Assembly (NCBI GenBank): GCA_964016885.1
Contig: OZ024745.1
Span: 43,214,001-43,278,000 of the forward strand
Direction of reading: 5' to 3'
Source: Eledone cirrhosa
Taxonomy: Eukaryota
DNA length: 64,000 bases
Made by a program: the position numbers and the translations under genes. Positions 38,436 to 51,462 of the stretch are shown here, piece after piece. Every line of letters begins with the position of its first letter. Within the stretch, counting starts at the first letter, position 1. A model generated the notes under the pieces. That model worked only from the letters and a program-made list of their open reading frames with translations. It was not told where the DNA came from and did not search any database.

Positions 38436-40565
38436 TTACCGTACTTTTGGTAGAGGAGGGATGGTTTTTACATCCCTTTTCACTTGATCGTCTGGTGAAG
38501 GGACCGTTGAATCGTCCCTTCGGCTGGTCGTCGGCTCTTCTAAGAGAATGTCTGAATATACTCTTCGATTAATGGTTCCTCCTAGGTCCCTGAAATCACC
38601 AACTGCGTTGGGGAATTTCGTTTTAATGTTTGTGTATTGTTTCTGTGCTATTTTTAGCAGTCTTATGTTAGTTGGCGTTTTGATTGGTGCTGGTATTATG
38701 TAGTCCTGTTGTGAAATGTCTGTGTGTTCAATTATGTAAGTCATTAGTTTCTTGTTGTGTGTGTTTATTGCCGTGCATTTGTTTTTCTGGGGGTGGGGTG
38801 TGGTTCTGCTATTTTCTTGTCGTTGTTGCTGGGTGTGTGTGTTTTGTTGTTGTGTTTGCGATGTTGGTGCTTGTGGTGGTGGTGTTGAAGGTGTTGTTGG
38901 CGGTGGGGTTGTTGCCGGTGGTGATGGTGGTGCTGGTGTGGGTGGTGATGGTGTTGGTGGTGTTGCTGCTGTGGGTCTCTTTGCAGTAGACTTTACCCTT
39001 TTCTCATTTCTTTCCTCCCTTTTCAAAGGCGACGATGCGCTGCTTCTGCGTTTGTGCCTTCTTGAGACCTTTTGCCATCCCTCTCCCACCTCACACTCCA
39101 TGTCTGATTCTGTAAGGTCGGGGAGGGGTACCAGCTCCACTCTTTCACTTGTTGTTGTTGGTGATGTTTGCACTGGAGTCTCTGTTGCAGCTGCATTTGG
39201 TATTGCTGTTGTTGTTGTTAATATTTCCACTGCTGCTGCTGTCTTTGATTTCCGTGGAGTGGGTATGGGTGCCACGGACCTATCATTCCTGGTTGCCGCT
39301 TGTCCTGTTGCTGGTAGCCGTGGAACCGGATTCGGGAGGAGGGGGGTTTTCTCCTTTCTCATGGTCTTCTCGTTGCAGAAGGCCCTGAGGTGAGTCTTCG
39401 ATCCACAGCGAAAGCATTTCGGGCGTTTGCCCTCAACACTTATGGGCAGTTGAGTGCCGTTATCGAAGTCTATCACATCCGGGATAGCTTCGATGCACTC
39501 CTGGTTGGTTTGGATTAGCATCTCAATGGAGGAGCCGACCCAATCTTCTCTTACTTTTTTCTGTACTTGCAGTACAGTTGTTTTGTCCTCGATTCCGACG
39601 AGGACAGACGCGGCCAGCCAAGAAGGGGTCATTCCGGGAGGGACGTGGGTCAGTTTGACCCTCACAATTTTTTGCCCGCAGTAGGAGGGCACCAACACCA
39701 TTTCCTCGCTCCTTAGGGTCACTACTGATTGGGCCTTTGCCTCCTGGGGTGTGGCAAAAAGTACGTCTACGGTGGCGTATTTTTTGCCTCGGGTGATGTG
39801 CGTTTTCCTCTGCCACACAGACCCCAAGGCTTTTTGTATTTGGGCCTCTGTGGCTCTTTCCACCCTACGGGATTTTGTACTTACTGTACGGTACGTGACC
39901 GTACAGTGCTCTTGGGTTTCGAAAAAATTTTTCGCTGCCTTGCAGATTGCTCGGTGTCCGTTCTTTGTCACCATCTTCTTCGCTTCCTCTAATTCCTCAT
40001 TTGTTATGAGGATTGTTTCCAGGTTTTTCGCAATACCTGCAAATGAGATTGGTTTTTCTCTGCTGTTGTTGTTGTCGTCAGAGCTGCTGGTACTTTTGTT
40101 GTTGCTGCAGGTACTACGACTACTGCCTCCGCCGCTGTTGCTGTGGTTGTTGTTGGTGTTGCTGCTGCTAATGCTGTTGTTGTTTATGCTGCTGGTGATG
40201 CTGTTGCGGCTGCTACTGTTGTTTTCATTGTCACTGTTGCTGTTGTTATTACGGCTGCTACTGCTATTATTCCTGACGTCAGACGAATGAACTGGGTTTT
40301 CGTATTTCCCGCACACCTGTTTCGTCGCTGTCGTCGTCGTCGTGGAGAAACCTTGCACGCTTTGCACGAGACTTTTCTTTTCTTTCGTCGCTTGCGAAAG
40401 AGAAGGGAGGGAGAGAGACACATTTAAAGAAGGGAGGGAGAGAGACAATCTTCTCTCTGCTGTAGTGATGATTGAGGAAGAAGAAGACGGAATGAGTGGG
40501 AGTGACGTATGAAATTTCTTTTTGGTAGCCATGTTTTTTTGTTTAAAATGAAATTTTGGGTACAA
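38436..40565 (-). CDS. LINE ORF1 gag-like protein with a CCHC zinc knuckle (up to 709 aa; start codon uncertain)
   Basis: CFRCGSKTHLRAFC knuckle, WQKVSRR motif, low-complexity N/S and P/T/Q tracts. Ends 35 nt before ORF2. Confidence 0.85.
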   Translation of the reverse strand: MYPKFHFKQKNMATKKKFHTSLPLIPSSSSSIITTAERRLSLSLPSLNVSLSLPSLSQATKEKKSLVQSVQGFSTTTTTATKQVCGKYENPVHSSDVRNNSSSSRNNNSNSDNENNSSSRNSITSSINNNSISSSNTNNNHSNSGGGSSRSTCSNNKSTSSSDDNNNSREKPISFAGIAKNLETILITNEELEEAKKMVTKNGHRAICKAAKNFFETQEHCTVTYRTVSTKSRRVERATEAQIQKALGSVWQRKTHITRGKKYATVDVLFATPQEAKAQSVVTLRSEEMVLVPSYCGQKIVRVKLTHVPPGMTPSWLAASVLVGIEDKTTVLQVQKKVREDWVGSSIEMLIQTNQECIEAIPDVIDFDNGTQLPISVEGKRPKCFRCGSKTHLRAFCNEKTMRKEKTPLLPNPVPRLPATGQAATRNDRSVAPIPTPRKSKTAAAVEILTTTTAIPNAAATETPVQTSPTTTSERVELVPLPDLTESDMECEVGEGWQKVSRRHKRRSSASSPLKREERNEKRVKSTAKRPTAATPPTPSPPTPAPPSPPATTPPPTTPSTPPPQAPTSQTQQQNTHTQQQRQENSRTTPHPQKNKCTAINTHNKKLMTYIIEHTDISQQDYIIPAPIKTPTNIRLLKIAQKQYTNIKTKFPNAVGDFRDLGGTINRRVYSDILLEEPTTSRRDDSTVPSPDDQVKRDVKTIPPLPKVR

Positions 40566-40784
40566 AACCCCAATAACTGGTTATTTAACCCCGAAGGGCC
40601 AAATAACGGACAGAAAGACCCCTCTCACGAGGAGGAGGGTGTCTTTATCAACAATTTGGTTCAAGTTTTAAACAATTTACAATTGTTTTAACGGTTAAAA
40701 ATTACTATACCTTACAGAGCCGAGCCTCCGTCAACCATGGCATTCAATAATAATAATAATAACAATAATAATAATAATAATAAT

Positions 40785-41868
40785 AAAGAAATGGATAGGA
40801 AGACTAGGAAGCTATTGACTATCTACAACATGTTCCACAAGAGGAGTGATGTCGATAGACTCTACTTAAGGAGATCTGAAGGTGGAAGAGGTCTTATCAG
40901 CATAGAGGACTGTGTTCAGATGGAGAAAAAGAACCTACACAAATACGTGACCGATAGTAAGGAGTCAATGCTCAGAATTGTACTGAAGGAGAGGACAATA
41001 GACCAGGGGATGTCCAAGGAGGAAATATCAACAAGGAGAAAGAGCAACCTTCATGAAAAATCCCTTCATAGTACCTTCTTTGAGAAAACTGAATTCAGAG
41101 ATCCACAGACATGGAACTGGTTGAAAAGAGGAGACCTTAAAAAGGTTACAGAAGGAATGCTAATGGCTGCGCAAGAGGAGGCCCTCAAAACGAAGTGGTT
41201 GAAACACCATATTTACAAGGAGGAGGCTAGCCCACTGTGCAGGATCTTTGGAGAGAGAGGAGACTGTGGCTCACATTGTATCCAAGTGTAAACACCTAGC
41301 CCAGACTCACTATAAGGGCTGGAGACATGATGTGATGGGCAGGGTGATCCACTGGCACCTATGCAAAGTAAACAATTTACCACATTCTGAGAAGTGGTAT
41401 GAGCATAAGCCAGAGTCGGTGATAGAAAACGATCAAGTGAAGGTGCTGTGGGATTTTAGGATACAGACGGACAAGAAACTGGAACACAATAGACCTGACC
41501 TGGTGGTTTTGGACAAGGAAAAAAGATCGTGCCTGATTATAGATGTAGCCTGCCCATTTGACACGAGAGTGCAAGAGAAGGAGAGGGAGAAAATTAACCG
41601 ATACCAGGACTTAAAGTGGAAGGTAAAAAGGATTTGGAACTGCCATGATTGTCATAGGCGCACTAGGTACTATCTCAAAAAGTTTCCAGGGATGGTTAAA
41701 GAAAATTGGCCCCGCCACGCTTTTTGGAACGCTTCAAAAGGCATGCTTGCTGGGAACAGCAAGAACCCTCCGATACGTCCTGAATATCTGAGGCTGCAGG
41801 TAGTGGCTTGATATTCATTTCAACAAACTTTCCAGTTAACTAACATCAATGACTGAGACTCAAAGAAC
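40785..41868 (+). mobile_element. Second 5'-truncated R4/Dong-like fragment in (AAT)n
   Basis: DVDRLYLRRSEGGRGL, TEGMLMAAQEEAL, ETVAHIVSKC, RHD, WDFRIQTD..HNRPDL, IIDVACP and EKINRYQDL. Frameshifted; (AAT)n at both ends. Confidence 0.88.
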
Positions 41869-42059
41869 AATAATAATAATAATAATAATAATGTACATTA
41901 TATATATTTAAGCCCCTCCAATCCCAAAACTGTAACGGAAGCTCTGGTATATGCAAAGAAGACTACTTCCAATTCTGGGAGTGCCCCCCCCCCCCCCCAC
42001 CAACTGGGAAGCTTTTACAAATGTTACTACCAACAGAATATATGTATATATATATACAT

Positions 42060-42161
<102 letters not shown>

Positions 42162-42313
42162 TTTAATCATTATAATTATAATGATTAAACGATATATGTA
42201 ACCTCAGCATCTTATTTTGTTATTTTTATAAAATTCTCCATCGTAACTAAAAACTACGATTGTTGAGAGCTTTCTCCTGCTTACTCCTGTTTTTACCAAA
42301 ACAATCTTTTCTG

Positions 42314-42370
<57 letters not shown>

Positions 42371-42530
42371 TCACACAACCTTTAAACTCTTGCGCCAAAC
42401 TAAATTACAGGAGAGACTTTTGGTTCCTTAGCAAGAAGATCTCGAACATCTCAGAATCCTCATATCCATCACAAGATGACTTACTTGATTTAGACCCACT
42501 GTAAATATTTACGCATTTGCTGTCCACTTC

Positions 42531-42698
42531 CAGTGCCGGATTTACCATTGTGCTTAGGTGTGCATTCCTCGTTGGTCGGGGAAAGGGCATCTTCCTGCCA
42601 ACAAACATTTTTTACCGGGCCTACTACCTCCAGGGCCCAAGTAAGAGGCCTCATAACTTAACTAGCACAGGGCCTCATTTGTCCTAAATTCGGCACAG
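42531..42698. mobile_element. MITE with short TIRs
   Basis: CAGTGCCGGATTTA ... TAAATTCGGCACAG imperfect inverted termini around a GC-richer core. Confidence 0.5.
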
Positions 42699-43722
42699 TC
42701 AACTTCGCTTCCAACAATATAAAACACATACAAGAAAACACACACGCCATTTGTAATGGTATGAACATTTCAATATCAACATACTGCATTTATAGATATA
42801 CGGTCTTTTACACACTCAACAAATTTCAGTAACTGATTTCTTACCAAAACTCGAGGCTAATTTATTGAACTGTAATAGAGTCAATTAACCTTATTGTATT
42901 AGCGGCACTATTTTAACTGTTTAACCGAGAAGGGCGATACTCAGTACTGTAAGATATTCAGTTCAACGGTCTAGTGTTTCGATTATTTTCACCTTCCTAA
43001 AACTAAGTATTAGTAATCAAAGGAAAATGTTCACTCTTGCTTCTATTATTTATCTATGTGGCCAAAGGTACTCTCTTCAAAGTTTGATAAGCTGATAATT
43101 AAGTTAGTCTTACTATGTTTAATATAGAAAGTATTATTCTGTGAGGAAATAACAATATTATTTATTGAATAATATCATTTTCAAGTCTTCGTAAAGCACA
43201 GGCGACAACTCTGGACATGTTTCAGTTTTATTATACATCATCAATGAAGTATAGACTTCGCAGTACTTGTAGCAGTGATGTAGTAAGGAAATGTACTAGA
43301 TTAAATTTCTCTTAGACGCCATTTACATAAACAAGTATTTAAGTTAATTGTATCATATTTAGTGTAGAGGACTTCAAAATTTAATAAACTGAGTTTCATT
43401 CGAGCAGCCAATAGACGACCATTTGTATGTCTGTGTCACTCTTAAAAAAAAAAAAAAAAGAGCGACTGTGTAGAGATTTCCTCATAGGGGATGATGTATT
43501 TGACTACCGAGAACTACATATAGACGATCAATGGTGTCAAACTACCTACAACTCATGAACAGGAACAATTCTTCAGACGAACTTTTACAGAGGCCGTACC
43601 GTCCCTACCCAAATTTCATTCATAAACTTTGGTTGACTCAAGGCTATGATAGAAGATACTTGCTTAAGATATTACGCGTTGAGACCGAGCACGAAATCAC
43701 ATAGTTTCGAAGTCAGTTCTCA

Positions 43723-44050
43723 GAGGCGGCGAGTTTGGCAGAGTCGTTAGAAGGTCCGATAGATTGATTTGTGGTATTTGTTCCGGCTCTCTGTGCTGTC
43801 TGAGTTCAATACCCATCGAGGGCAACTTTGTTTTTCATTCTTTCGAGGTTGATAAAAAAAATAATGATCTAGTACTGGGGCTGATTCTTTTTCTATATCT
43901 CTTTCTAAACTTCCTTTCTACCACTCTCTCTCCTTTTCTCCGGAGGAAATAGGCTGTGTTCAGACCAGGAGAGGAGATGAGCTTCAATAGGTTTAAAATG
44001 CCTAAGATATGTTGTATGTCACTACAGCACCCATGTGACTCCATCAAGAG
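43723..44050 (+). mobile_element. tRNA-derived SINE (further copies at 44447-44580, 45746-45995 and 55370-55535)
   Basis: GGCGGCGAGTTTGGCAGAGTCGTTAG (A box), GAGTTCAAT (B box), and the core CTTTG..TTTCAT.CTTTCGAGG.TGATAAAA. Confidence 0.7.
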
Positions 44051-45994
44051 TTAAGGGTTCGTACATACAAACGTACATATAATGTATCTCTTAGCAAGGA
44101 ATTTACTTCTAAAACTTCCAGTTCAACAAGCTGAAGAGATTTGCAAATGTTACTTTTGATAGGAAAATTGTCTGTCTAAGTGAAGATTTATCTCATATCT
44201 ACTTAACACAGCATTTTATGAACCTCTCGTAGGTAAGGTAAAGGTAATAATGTCAGATGCTCCTGTCTCCACAAGTGATAGCGAAGCCAAGATGCTGAAA
44301 TAATAAAGTACCCTCCCGGGCATCACTTGATACATCGGAAATGAAGTTAGATGCTCCAATCTACACAGGAAGGCACAGGATTGAACAATAGCGCTAAAAA
44401 GGTTTTCTTTTTCTATTACCCATATTAACATGTACTGTACATATAAAGGTGGTCAATTTGGCAGAGTCGTTAGAAAGTTGGAATTTGACCCACGTCTCTG
44501 CACCCTGTGTTCAAATCCTGTCGTGGTCCACTTTGCTTCCCATCTTTCGAGGGTCGATAAAGAAAGTAGCTGAGCAGTGCTGGTGCATCCCTCTCTCCTT
44601 CTAGATGTTACGTACTGGCTGTTCCACCGGATCAAAGAAGGGAGGATCGTGAGGGTCTCTGTGTCTGCTCGCAACTGCATGGGCACCTAAAACCCTTAGC
44701 GAAAGTATAGTACATACTACTAAGTCATACTTGATTGTGAGTGACGGCTGTGGTTTTGTTTTAGCTTAACATATATAAACAATGCGTACAGAAAACGTCC
44801 GTCGATACACTTAACCAATTGATATTTTAAGTGCTCTTCTCTAATAATTGACTACATCATACTAAGTGCTGTGATATATGGCGTGTGCTGATTACAACAC
44901 TCAAATTAACTCAATAACCACGGATATAATCCAAATCGAACTGAAAACCTTTATTTGGACTTCACAGTTCGATACTGATGTCCTTTTCTTTGCTCTTATG
45001 ATAAACATATTTCCAATGCAAAGAGAGCGAGAGCGAGAGAGAGAGAGAGAGAGAGAGAAAGCGCGGGAAGGAAATAAAGAGATAAGAAAAGACAGAGGGA
45101 GAGAGTGAGATAGGAAGAGAGAGGAAGAGATAGAGAGAGGGAGAGAGAGAGTGAAAGAGAAAGAGAGTGAGAGAGAGAAACTAAAACCGGTTTTATTTCA
45201 CATAACTATGTATACAAATAAGTACAATTTATATTTAATAACAAAAGAGGAAAATAGCTGGAGGAGCCAGACAGTCAATCATAGGTCATGACGGCATTTG
45301 AGTTTCCTTCTAATATTTTTTAGGCACACACGCAGCAATTGCCGCGAGTAATAAGTAGGTTAAGACATTGGAATAACACAGCATCCTCGCGAGCATCAAC
45401 GAAAGCAAGTCGTCAGCAATGATAAGGACCTCGTTGTTAGCGGACCCAGCTCCTACAAGCGCCTTGAACGTCCCAGGTTGAAAATAATAGTTCGTTGATT
45501 CCCAATCCTCATCAGGTGCCCGTTTCCCAGGGTGTGTACATTCTTAAAGATGATGTTGGTCAGATAAATTATAATGTTACTAAGAAATTCAATTTAATGG
45601 ATATTGCTACTAATGCCGTTGATTTCTATTGTTATTATATGGCGGTTATTGAACTAACAGTTATTTGATCTTGCTTTAATATCTAGCTATTGTTAGTATT
45701 TCCAGACTTTAGCCTCATCCATTGAGTGCATATTTACAGTATCTAAGGCGGTGAATTGGCAGAGTCGTTCGAATGTCGAACAGAATGCTCTATGCGCTCC
45801 CTGAGATCAAATCCTGTCGAGGTCAACTTTGCTTTTCATCCTTTCGAGGTCAATAAAAAAATGTACCAGTCCATTGCTGGAGTCGATTCTTTCTCTATAT
45901 CTCTTTCTTATTTCCTCCCTCTCGCCTTTGGAAGAAATCGGCTGCATTCAAACATAGAAAGGAAATGGGCTCCGTAAAGTTTAAAATGCCCAAT

Positions 45995-47055
45995 ATATGT
46001 ATGTCCTTCATTAACCTTAGCAAAGCTTTCGATTCCATTCATTGTGGAAAACTCAAACAGATAATGGAATCTTATGGAATTCTTATACAAATTGTGACAG
46101 CAACAGGTGCTCTCTACGATGGCACGGAATCAAAAGTACTGTCCTCTGAAGCGGGTATTCTTCAAGGAGATACACTAGCTCCATTCCGCTTCATATTAAC
46201 ACTCAACTATGCAATGAGACAAACTACATATCATACTCATCAAACAGAATTCACACCACATCCTTGATGTAGCACTGAAATAACAATAACTGATGCTGAT
46301 TTTGCAGATGGTATTGCACTCTTATCAGACACCTACGAAAAAGCACAGCTGATGTTACAGAGGGTGGAATGGTTTGTTGAAACAATTAGATTTCACATAA
46401 ATGAGAAGAAGACGAAATATATTGCATACAATCAGAAAGGGGGTGATATTGTGTCACTAAATAGAAATTACATAAAAAGAATTAAGTAATTTAGGTATCT
46501 TGGTTCGTGGAACACTCTCAGAAAATGAGATGAGCGCTAGAATTAACTAGCCTGGACAGTTGCAAACAAAATGGATGTCATTTGGAAATCAAACTTGAAC
46601 ACCAAACTAAAGGTTAAGTTCTTTTGATCAACAGCTGAAAGTGTTCTTGTGTATGAAGTGGAGTGATGGTCACTCACCAAAGAGATGGAAAGACGGTTAG
46701 ATGGCACATATACAAGACTAAAGAGGAAAGTACCAAATCTTATAAGGAGTTCAGAACAAATAAATACAGAAGATACGGCGACTTGAAACCGATTACAGAC
46801 GTCATAAAAGCTAGAACAGTCTGTCTCATAGGTCACGTATGGCGAAGAGATGAAGCAGATGCATTACACGAGTTATTGTTATGGTAAAGTAACTCACACA
46901 TGATAGAAGAACAAGAAGTCAGCTTCATATTACATTTCTGCAGAGGGTTTGTAAACACATGAATCTTAGGATGAACTAGCGGAGGCCATGCTGGATAGGG
47001 ACAAGTGGAGAAGTATAATTATCAATGTTGTCCGAAGAAACTCGATATGATGATA
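45995..47055 (+). mobile_element. Degenerate RTE-like LINE fragment
   Basis: FINLSKAFDSIH, GILQGDTLAPFRF, DADFADGIALL, YLG and LIGHVWR across several frames with stops; short (GAT)-like tail. Confidence 0.7.
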
Positions 47056-47435
47056 GTGTATGTCGATTAGACGTCCCTACGACTCCATCAGGAATTACGG
47101 GATCAGAAACCATTACAGTTTTTATATTTATTTACACTGTTTCAATTAGTTTAATATCTGATCGCTGTATTAATAGATGTGTACACTGTCCCATGTTAAG
47201 AACCCTTATTTCTATGTTACTACAGTAATGCACTTATTGTTATGTACGATGTACATATGAGTAATACGACATCCAATGATGATTGGAGATCGAATCGTTC
47301 GTAACACAAATGAGGAACACAACACCTGATGACGTTCAAAACATAGTGTAAAAGTTATTACATACTTTAAACGAGGAACACAATATTGATGACGTTCACA
47401 ACATTTTATGGTTTAAATATTTTTAGAGCAGATTA

Positions 47436-48880
47436 TTTTATTTTTCCAAATATAATTCATTAGTAGAAAAAAGAAGAATGACATGATGCTGAATGAAAAC
47501 AAAAGCAATATATACAAACACACACTGGGCTGAATATATACAAACACACTACTGGGCTGAATCTCAGCCGGTCTCACGTCTCACAGGCGGCCTCGCGTTC
47601 TCTGAACACAGAGGGTTCTATTGTGTTTTGGAGAACCCTGCTGACGAGCACGCGGCACGAGGTTACCGACGAAAGATACGCCGGCAAAGCCAGTGAGATC
47701 GGGGACCGGAGGTCAAGGCCGCCATACCTGACAGGTAAAGTGGCCTGTTGCCATCCAATGACGTCAAACTTGACGTTACATATCTCCTCGGCTGCTTCTC
47801 GGATACAAGTATCGAGGTCAGCGAGGAAAGATGTGTGAGTGTAGCACGGAGCGCTGCGAAGGGTATAGAGGAGCTTCGGCATGGCGAAGCAGTTCCTCAA
47901 CGGAAAGAGGGCTGAGGCCGTCGATCAAGCCCAGTCGGCTCGTGAGAGTCTGGAGTTGTTGAAGCCTGGACCTGATGGTGGAGCGGATGGCCGGCGAGTC
48001 ACCTGTACCTGGTGGAGAATGGACCGCACGTCCGACACGGAGGCTGCAAAGCTCTCAGTATCGTGGCTGACGTTCACCACCTCCGACTTAGCCGAGTTGA
48101 CCTGGAGGCCGATTCCCGCCAGGGAAGGAACCACCGATTGTAGGTCATGGCAGACAGTCAGTACGGGCCCGCCTACCGTAGCATCATCCAGATACCAAAG
48201 ATTGAGAGGGGCCGTGATACTCCGGGCGATGTGGTCTATACCAAGGGCAAACAGGAGGGGTCCCAAAGGGTCGCCCTGTTGGACCCCAGTGGCCGAAGGT
48301 ATGACCGTATCAGCAGCAAGGAGCATGCTCGGGGCTCCATACGACAGGTAGGCCAGCGGGTAGACAGAGGGGGCTCGGCTGAGGCAGGCTTCGAGCAGAT
48401 GGTCCCGGTGTAAGCAGTTAAAGGAATTCCTCATGTCAAGCTTCACAATGAGGTGCCTGGAGTCCCTGGATGCCAGTTCCGGTGAGCAGCTGTTGAAGAA
48501 CTGCCAGGTTGCATGTGCGGCCCCCTCACAGCCACCGGACACGTCGACACCCAGTTGCACCGGACTGATCTCCTCACCAAGTTCGGGTGTTATGGACCTG
48601 CAGACCACATTGGCAGCCAGCCTCTGGAAGACATTGCCCACGGCGATGAGGCGTATGCCACCCTCTTTCTTCCTAAGAGCGGTGAGGCTAGCTGAAAAAA
48701 AGAGGCCTCGGGCGTGAGGGTCCTGGGTGCCATGGATGAGCCTATTGGTGAGCGCCACAATTGTACTCAGAGGCGGCGCCCGGCCTCAGTGGAGAGGGGG
48801 ATAGGAGCTCCTTGAGGTGGCCTGGTCGGAAAACATCAACGCCTCCGCTGCTGCTAGCTGGGAAGGATTTGCTGTCGGAC
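47436..48880 (-). mobile_element. CRE-like non-LTR retrotransposon RT fragment, internally deleted
   Basis: GGVDVFRPGHLK, LTALRKKEGGIRLIAVG, QLGVDVSGGCE, KLDMRNSFN, GVQQGDPLGPLLF, WYLDD and QATLPVRYGGL. The RLE domain is absent before the 3' UTR. Confidence 0.82.
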
Positions 48881-50402
48881 ATGATGTCTGCATCAGAAGC
48901 CACAAGGAGCAATGTTACTATATCCTTCAAATGAGGAACACAACATCTGAAGACGTTCACAACATTGTGTAAATGTTATTATATAATACAAGGGTCGGCT
49001 GAAGAGTTCATAGGATTGATGCTAGAACTGTGAAATATTGCATGCAATAATTTCAACTCTTCTAATAATAACTTCCAGTGACTATGTTGAAAAATGAACC
49101 TCATTAGGTTATTCAAAGATGAGGTTAATAGTTCATTTAATGTTGATCTTTGAATACACTAGGAGTGTATTGCAGGAGCCTTTGTCATCTATTTGTTGGA
49201 AAATGATAGCTATCTAGGTATGCTTTTAAACCTTTCTTTACTATAAATTTCCTTTGTGTTTTAATTATCTAAATAATCAACAATTATGAGAGCTTAATGA
49301 CAAAAGCAAATACTTAGCTGCTGAAATCTAATATGATCTGGTATGTAATAATGACATTTCAGCCCCAGTTTTAAATTTAAATTTAAATACATTAATAGTG
49401 GCAATTTTGGGCAGGTTGATATTTGAAAGGGGGTCAATACAGAACTAGTAGTAGATGCTAAAGTAAAACAAAGGGTAAGCTTCCAGGAAGCCGAATTCAC
49501 AATGCTTTGATGTCTGATTCATGTATTTTCACTTCATTTGAAAGGCATGGAAATAATACCATCCCATTCGTCTCTCTTAAAATATTAAGATGTAAGCTTG
49601 TAAAAGACGAACTGTTGACGGCGGATTTTTACTGCGGACTTGTTATTGAACTGGTCAGCAAAAATGAAACTTCCTGAACTTTAGGAGTAGATCGCTCTTC
49701 CATACATTTGTCAATGTTTGTCATCTAATAAATGGCCGCCTAATAATTATATTTTTCTCCCCAAACTACCAAAACACGCATCTATTTGTATATGCGCTAC
49801 AATCTATGTAGAGATAGATGGGAGAGATAGATGTAGATATAGAGAGGGGGAGAATTTGGTGGCACTCTCGTGTCCCAAATAATAGGAGGGGTGACAACAA
49901 TGGGAGGGAGGACTTGGGAAATCAGTAATTGTAGAGTGTACGTTCGTAAATATGGGATTTCTTGTAATGTTCTTCTTTTGTCACATATAATGTTCTTTTT
50001 AATGTAAAATAAAATTATTATTAGATTCTCCAGCTGCTGTATTAATATGAAGCACTTACAATAACATTTCGCCGGAGATAGATTAGCAAAATTTAATAAG
50101 CTGGGTGGGGGTTGAGGGAGAATAAAAACCGGGAGGTGGGGTGGAAAAAATATGACAAATTAATAAGCAGGTGGTGGGGACGATTATTCAAGACCTGAGA
50201 GTACGTGAATTATAGACGGTAAGAATGAAAAGTCAATGCCGAAGTAGAGTTTAAATATTCATTTATTATGGCTAAGCCGTGTTACTCTGCAGTCTCACAT
50301 GCGTACTCAGCAGACAAGACTGGTGATCCTGTGAGCGCGCAGGTGAAACTTTAGAGTAACAAAGCTCACCAATAGCCATAATAAATGTATATATATATAT
50401 AA

Positions 50403-50467
<65 letters not shown>

Positions 50468-50475
<8 letters not shown>

Positions 50476-50858
50476 TAAAAGGAATTCCAACTTTGTCTGA
50501 TTTACTCGTTTTATTTACAATCCTTTAAAATTTATAATGATATTATAATGAAATAGTATGGTAGAATATTAAATGTTAAGTGTTAATTGAACAAGTACTT
50601 TCATGCTTTCGCAATCTTCAGGTTCATATTCTGTGGTGACAGTCAAGTTTGCAATTTTCAACAGTTGTAAATTGCAAACTTGACTGTCACCACAGAATAT
50701 GAACCTGAAGATTGCGAAAGCATGAAAGTACTTGTTCAATTAACACTTAACATTTAATATTCTACCATACTATTTCATTATAATATCATTATAAATTTTA
50801 AAGGATTGTAAATAAAACGAGTAAATCAGATAAAGTTGGAATTCCTTTTATTAATATA
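50468..50858. repeat. Near-perfect 390-bp palindrome with hammerheads on both strands (50588-50626 - and 50700-50738 +)
   Basis: Arms of about 190 bp centred near 50663. TGAAC-CTGAAGA-tTGCgaaaGCAt-GAAAG-TA-CTT-GTTCA has a perfect 5-bp stem I. Confidence 0.88.
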
Positions 50859-50885
50859 ATCTTCTATACACAATCATACACACCC

Positions 50886-51375
50886 ATGTATATTTATGAG
50901 TGCGACAAATGCAGCAACTTCTACGTAGGTAGCTCCACCAGACCACTCCACATAAGAATAAAAGAACAGCTCAATACTAACGCTTCCTCATTTAAGAAAC
51001 ACCTAGTGAAATGCAAAAACACCGACAAAACCATAACAGTTAGGATAGAAACTAAGGAAAGAAACCTCGGCAATCTTAGAATTAAGGAAGCACTAATTAT
51101 AGACAACACACTACCACCAATCAATAATAGACTAGAACTCAACACCCAATTTATAACTTGATAGAGCATCTAGCCCCATAATTACACCCCCTTACACACA
51201 CGAACACACACGCACGCACGCACACACACACACACACACACGCTTACACCTCCACTTATTCCCTCTCACACACACATATACACACAAAGACCAGTTCTAA
51301 CACGAGAGAACATCTATCCCCCACATTTACGTATAGACATATCTTCTCACACACACACACACACACACACACGCG

Positions 51376-51462
<87 letters not shown>

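Larger units (their letters stand above)
34719..40746 (-). mobile_element. Apparently full-length Tx1/L1-clade LINE (about 6.0 kb) in (AAT)n
   Basis: Two intact ORFs, a 5' UTR, and a 3' UTR ending AATAAAGAAATC(ATT)n. Both flanks are (AAT)n with a shared AAC interruption. Confidence 0.93.

Noticed and set aside
34930-40427. Plus-strand ORFs overlapping the Tx1 element
   Set aside because: Antisense frames of a GC-rich LINE with no recognisable motifs.
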